From the human T2T-CHM13v2.0 reference genome, Homo sapiens: DNA of 64,000 nt. Below the pieces are notes generated by a model. It had not been told where the DNA came from. It was given only the letters and a program-made list of their open reading frames with translations, and ran no database searches. A program made the position numbers and the translations under genes. The stretch's first letter is position 1, and each line of letters opens with the position of its first letter. This document shows, piece after piece, positions 59,901 through 64,000 of this stretch. The stretch is taken from the NCBI RefSeq assembly GCF_009914755.1, contig NC_060935.1, one strand, 5' to 3'.

Positions 59901-60969
59901 GTCAAGTTATTGTCAGTTAGGAAGAGTTGACAATCATTTGTGATAATTCCAAAAACTTGTTGTGACCCGCCAGCCCATCTCACCAGCTCCAGCAGGCAGC
60001 AAGCCTCCCTCACACACCTGCTGATCACGTGCCGATCAGCACCTTACAGCTTGGTAAGCAGTGGCAGTGCCTAACACTGGGATAACCCTTTGCCAGCCCT
60101 GCCTTCTCCAGCCTGCTCCAGCCATGCCATTATTTGGCTGGCATAGCTCTATCCCCCATGCGGCCAAGGCAGGCATTATCAGCAACTCCTCACCACCAGC
60201 TGTGGGGTCTAGAATTATCTGTGCTGCTATGTCTCAGATCCTGTGTGCCTGCAGGAAATCTACATGCCCATGTGGTCATCTATCCTTCGGCTTCTCCAAA
60301 TCTCTGCTCACTGGCTTAAGTCTGTACATCTCAGGTGGGAAAAAAGACAGCAGTCATTTGCTGAGCTGCAAGGGACATTTAACTTTTCTCATCTCGTTTC
60401 ACCCTCACAACACCTTTATGATCACAGGTGTTATTCTCCTTGTTGTTATTTAGCGAGAGATTGACACTTTAGAGGAGTGAGGAGTTTGTCCTGAGTCCCA
60501 CAGCTGGCAAATGGTGAGGCTTGCCGTACACCTCCATGTTGGTGCTTGTTGGTGCGTCGTGCCATGCTCTGTCTCCATTCTCTGTGAGATTCGACTCCCA
60601 ACCAATTCGGAGTCTCAGCCCTTTGGGCTGGCTTTTTGATACCTTGCCTAGCTCTTATCATCTTTCTCTCCTTGGAGGGCTGGGTTCCTCCCCTACCCTC
60701 AGACACTGCCTGGGATCTTTCTCCCAACTGATGAATTGCCTGGAATTCTGACACAGCCATCAGCTTTCTCTGGGGCACTTGGCCATCAACATGGGACCCA
60801 AGGTTGGCAGAGCTCACCCCACTCCTCTGTACACTGAAAGTGGGACACTGGTTACTATCTTTGGGGGCTGGGTGCATCCCAGCCTTGCCCCTCTCCCTTG
60901 GCCAGCATCACCAAGTGTCTGCCACCTGGGACCAGGCTCATGTAGTTCACCATCACAATGAAAGCTGCC

Positions 60970-61150
60970 ATGTGCTGATTGCTTATGCTTCATTAGTCTC
61001 TGGGCTGAGCACTTTGCATGCCTTACCTTCTTTATTCCTCATCAAAACTCTATAAGGTAAGTGCTGTTATTATTCCTATTTGACAGAAGGGAAACCGAGG
61101 ATCCAAAAGGTTACAAAACTTCCCCAAGGTCACATTGCTAGTAAGTGCTG
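60970..61150 (-). mobile_element. MIR
   Basis: attattcctatttgacagaagggaaaccgaggatccaaaaggtt...ccaaggtcaca. Confidence 0.72.
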
Positions 61151-64000
61151 AGGTTAGTAAAGCTAATCATGAATGAGATTCTTTGGACTTCCAGTATAAT
61201 CCGTTTGTGAGAGGGGTGGGGCGGGGGGATGTTAAATAATGTTGGTTAAAGAATTTTACGGGAAACAGTTTTATCCCATGTGCAAGGATGCCTCAGCCCG
61301 TCTCTGATTTAACGTATCTAATTCCAATGAGTTACTTGCTAGGTGGGGGAACAGAGAAATAGGATCATGAAGGCCATTCCTGTCCTCCAGTCTGTCTTCC
61401 ACACACCCTGTGAGGAACAGGGGCTGCCAAAAGCCATATGCCTGAGGGCTGTTAGACTTTTCCTAACAGAAAGTTGGAAGTCGTGACTAGTGTTTGAATG
61501 GGGCCAGATGCTCGACAGCTATGTGTCCTACCCCTGGGGAGGCTCAGCCTGGTCCATTCAGTCCATCATGGCTGGGAGGCCAGGCAGGAAAAGGCATTTC
61601 TGCTTTCCTTATTTCTAGAAGGACCAAGAGTTCCCAAAAGACTAAGACTGAAGGCAATAAGGAGGCAGGCAAAGTCCCAGCCTGCCTCCAAGTATTCCCT
61701 TCCCCAGCCCCTACAGTTCTCTTGAGGCCAAGATCTTTGCAAAGCCAGAGGCCCAATAACAGGTTATACATACAAGACTGATTTGTGAAATTAGTCTTTG
61801 CCCAGATTAGTGAATGTGTGGATTATTAGCTTTGCTGTACAGGTGAGGCTCAGGGAAGCCAAGCAATTTTCCTAAAGTCACACAACTGGGAAATGGACGA
61901 CCCAGGATTAGAACCCAGGCCCATTTGGTTCCAGAGCCCAGGCTTGCTGTGCCCTTCTTCCAGGATGTGGTCCCAATGTCATGCACACAGCCCAGCTGAC
62001 CAGCAGAGACCCCAGTGGGAAGAGGGGACCCCCCCCCGCCAAGCAGGTGCTGCTGATGGAGTCACGGGCATCACTGTCAGGTGGTCAGGAGCACTGAGAA
62101 GCCCTTGTGGGAGTGAGGCTCCTGGAGAGCCCCTTTCTCAGGGACTGGAGAGGCAGGGAGGTGGGGTGAGGTGGGGAAGCGTGGAGAATGCCTGCCTACT
62201 CAGGGTGTGCAGGCAGCAGGGGCGGGGCTGCTATTTAGTGATGGGCTTACAAACCTTCTTGTCACCTATTTATGGCCCACATAAAACTCTGATCACTGAG
62301 GATTAACTGAAGAGGGTCCTAGCAGGGCCACACGCTGACTTTAAAGAATTGATCACTGGAGTCAGGCAGTCATGTCCAGCCCCTGCCCTCAAGCCCCTCA
62401 CATGCTGCCGAATGAGTAGGGGTAGGGGGAGATGTCTGCTCTCACTTGGCACAAGGGAAGGGGGCAGAGAGAAGAACAAAATGTCCTGCGAGTGGGGAGT
62501 GCAGGGTTTTTAGGGGTGGAGATGGGTGGGCTAAGGTCCAGTGGGCTGGGAATGCCCCCTCCACATTCTGGGTGGAAAAGCGGCACAGGAGGGAGGCCAG
62601 GGGACAGCACGTCCTTGCCCCCAGCCAAGTCACAGTCACAGCTGCCTGGTTCACAGTCCAGTGGGCATGCGTTGCCTCGCGGGGTGGGTCCTGTTCACCC
62701 AGGAATGCTGCGCACCTTCACTGGGGTGGAAGGAGGGAGGGCTCTCCAGCTCTCCTTGCTGTCTCTCCTCCCTCACACGTTTCCGCAGAGAGGACTGTCC
62801 TCTAGGGCATTGTAACTTGGGCCACCTTGGGAGCTGAGGCTGGTGAGGAGCAGAGGATGAGGAACTGGTGAGATCTCCCCAACAGCAGAGCCAAGCCCAG
62901 GCAGCTACCCGCTTCCCCCACCCACCCCAGCCCACACAGCAAGGAGGGAAAGTAGGCGGTGGGGTTAGGAGAGGACCCAGCGGAAAAGGCAGGGAACCCC
63001 GCTGTCCTCCCATTACTGAAATCCTCCTTGAGCCTTACATACCCCATTACGACGCTGTATCCTATAATTAAATTGAATCTGCCAGTTACCTCTCAGCACG
63101 GCAGCAATTCAAACTCATTGGAGGCTTTGTTTATTTTCATTTATTTATTTATTTAGTAATTATTTATCTAGCTATCCAGAGAGCTAGATGGAGGCCCTAG
63201 CCCAATGTTTCTTTTGTCTTCAAAAACAAGAAAGCTCAAATGCAGTCTCTCCCACTTCAGGTCAAGAGAGGAAAGGAATAACAGAGACCACAGGGTGGCA
63301 GCAGATCCGCGGGGGGACCTCTTGCTGGGGGGATATCGCTGGGACAGGGTTAAGGTCAAGATTGCAGGGGAAGTTTTGTCTGCCTGCCAGTCATGGCCTG
63401 GACCCTGCTCCTGATTCTACCCATTCTATTCTTGTCAGAGATACTTTATGGAAAGTCCACACATTCCAGAAAGCTCCATGGAAGCCCCTTACAGGCCCCA
63501 GGCAAGGGGCTTCATTCTGAGGGACTAGAACATCGGTTGCGGAATGTGGAAACCAGGTTAACTGAGTATTATTGGCAACTAACACACCTGCAGAGCTTTG
63601 CAGTTGAAGAAGTAAATACATGTTCTTCTTTAACCCTAAACATTTATGGAGGACACTGAGGATGAGAGAGGTTCCACAACCTCCCTTGCTCAAAATCACC
63701 CTGCTGCTAATGGCAGGGCTAGGATTTGACCACAACGCTTGGGGTAAAACCAAACTCCCCCACCTCCTTCAGAGCCCCATATCCAAGCTGGTGGCCCAGC
63801 AACAAAAATCAAAGCTCTTTTCTTCTCTTTAATGATAACCTTTCAGCAGTGAGTGGGCAAAGGAGAGCATGATGGCTTTGAGTATGGAATCAACCTCAAA
63901 CAGGTCCAGGGGAGCGATTCTGAGCCACCAGCCATCACTCAATAAGAACATGAAAGTTTATTTACCACGAGGCCAGCCCAGTGGGAGGCAGATTGCTACT

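Noticed and set aside
63978-63991. CTCF-like CCAGTGGGAGGCAG
   Set aside because: A partial match that cannot be supported without PWM scoring or ChIP data.

Overview
Primate genomic DNA, almost certainly human, lying inside the neuronal Ig-superfamily adhesion gene KIRREL3 (NEPH2), which is transcribed on the minus strand. Three coding exons are recognisable with canonical AG/GT boundaries: exon 2 (52291-52368, 78 nt, absent from the ORF track), exon 3 (16006-16155, 150 nt) and exon 4 (10811-10960, 150 nt). Together they encode the end of the signal peptide, a linker and the whole first Ig domain; exon numbers are from recall of the canonical transcript. The rest is intron: about 18 Alus, MIR/L2/CR1 fragments, MER5 and MLT1B, and a nested retroviral cluster at about 39.8-46.1 kb. 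That cluster holds a decayed ERV-L-type pol/dUTPase fossil, a MER21-like LTR and an ERV1 LTR27/28-like LTR. The most notable unexplained signals are a near-perfect REST/NRSF RE1 element 1.3 kb downstream of exon 2, a second weaker RE1, two local tandem duplications (163 bp and 127 bp), and several repeat-free AT-rich islands dense in homeobox/SOX motifs that look like conserved enhancers. The exon and Alu layout is also compatible with circRNA formation or truncated isoforms. I found no convincing new protein-coding gene or novel system; the other ORFs are chance or repeat-derived. Repeat boundaries and subfamilies are read by eye and approximate.
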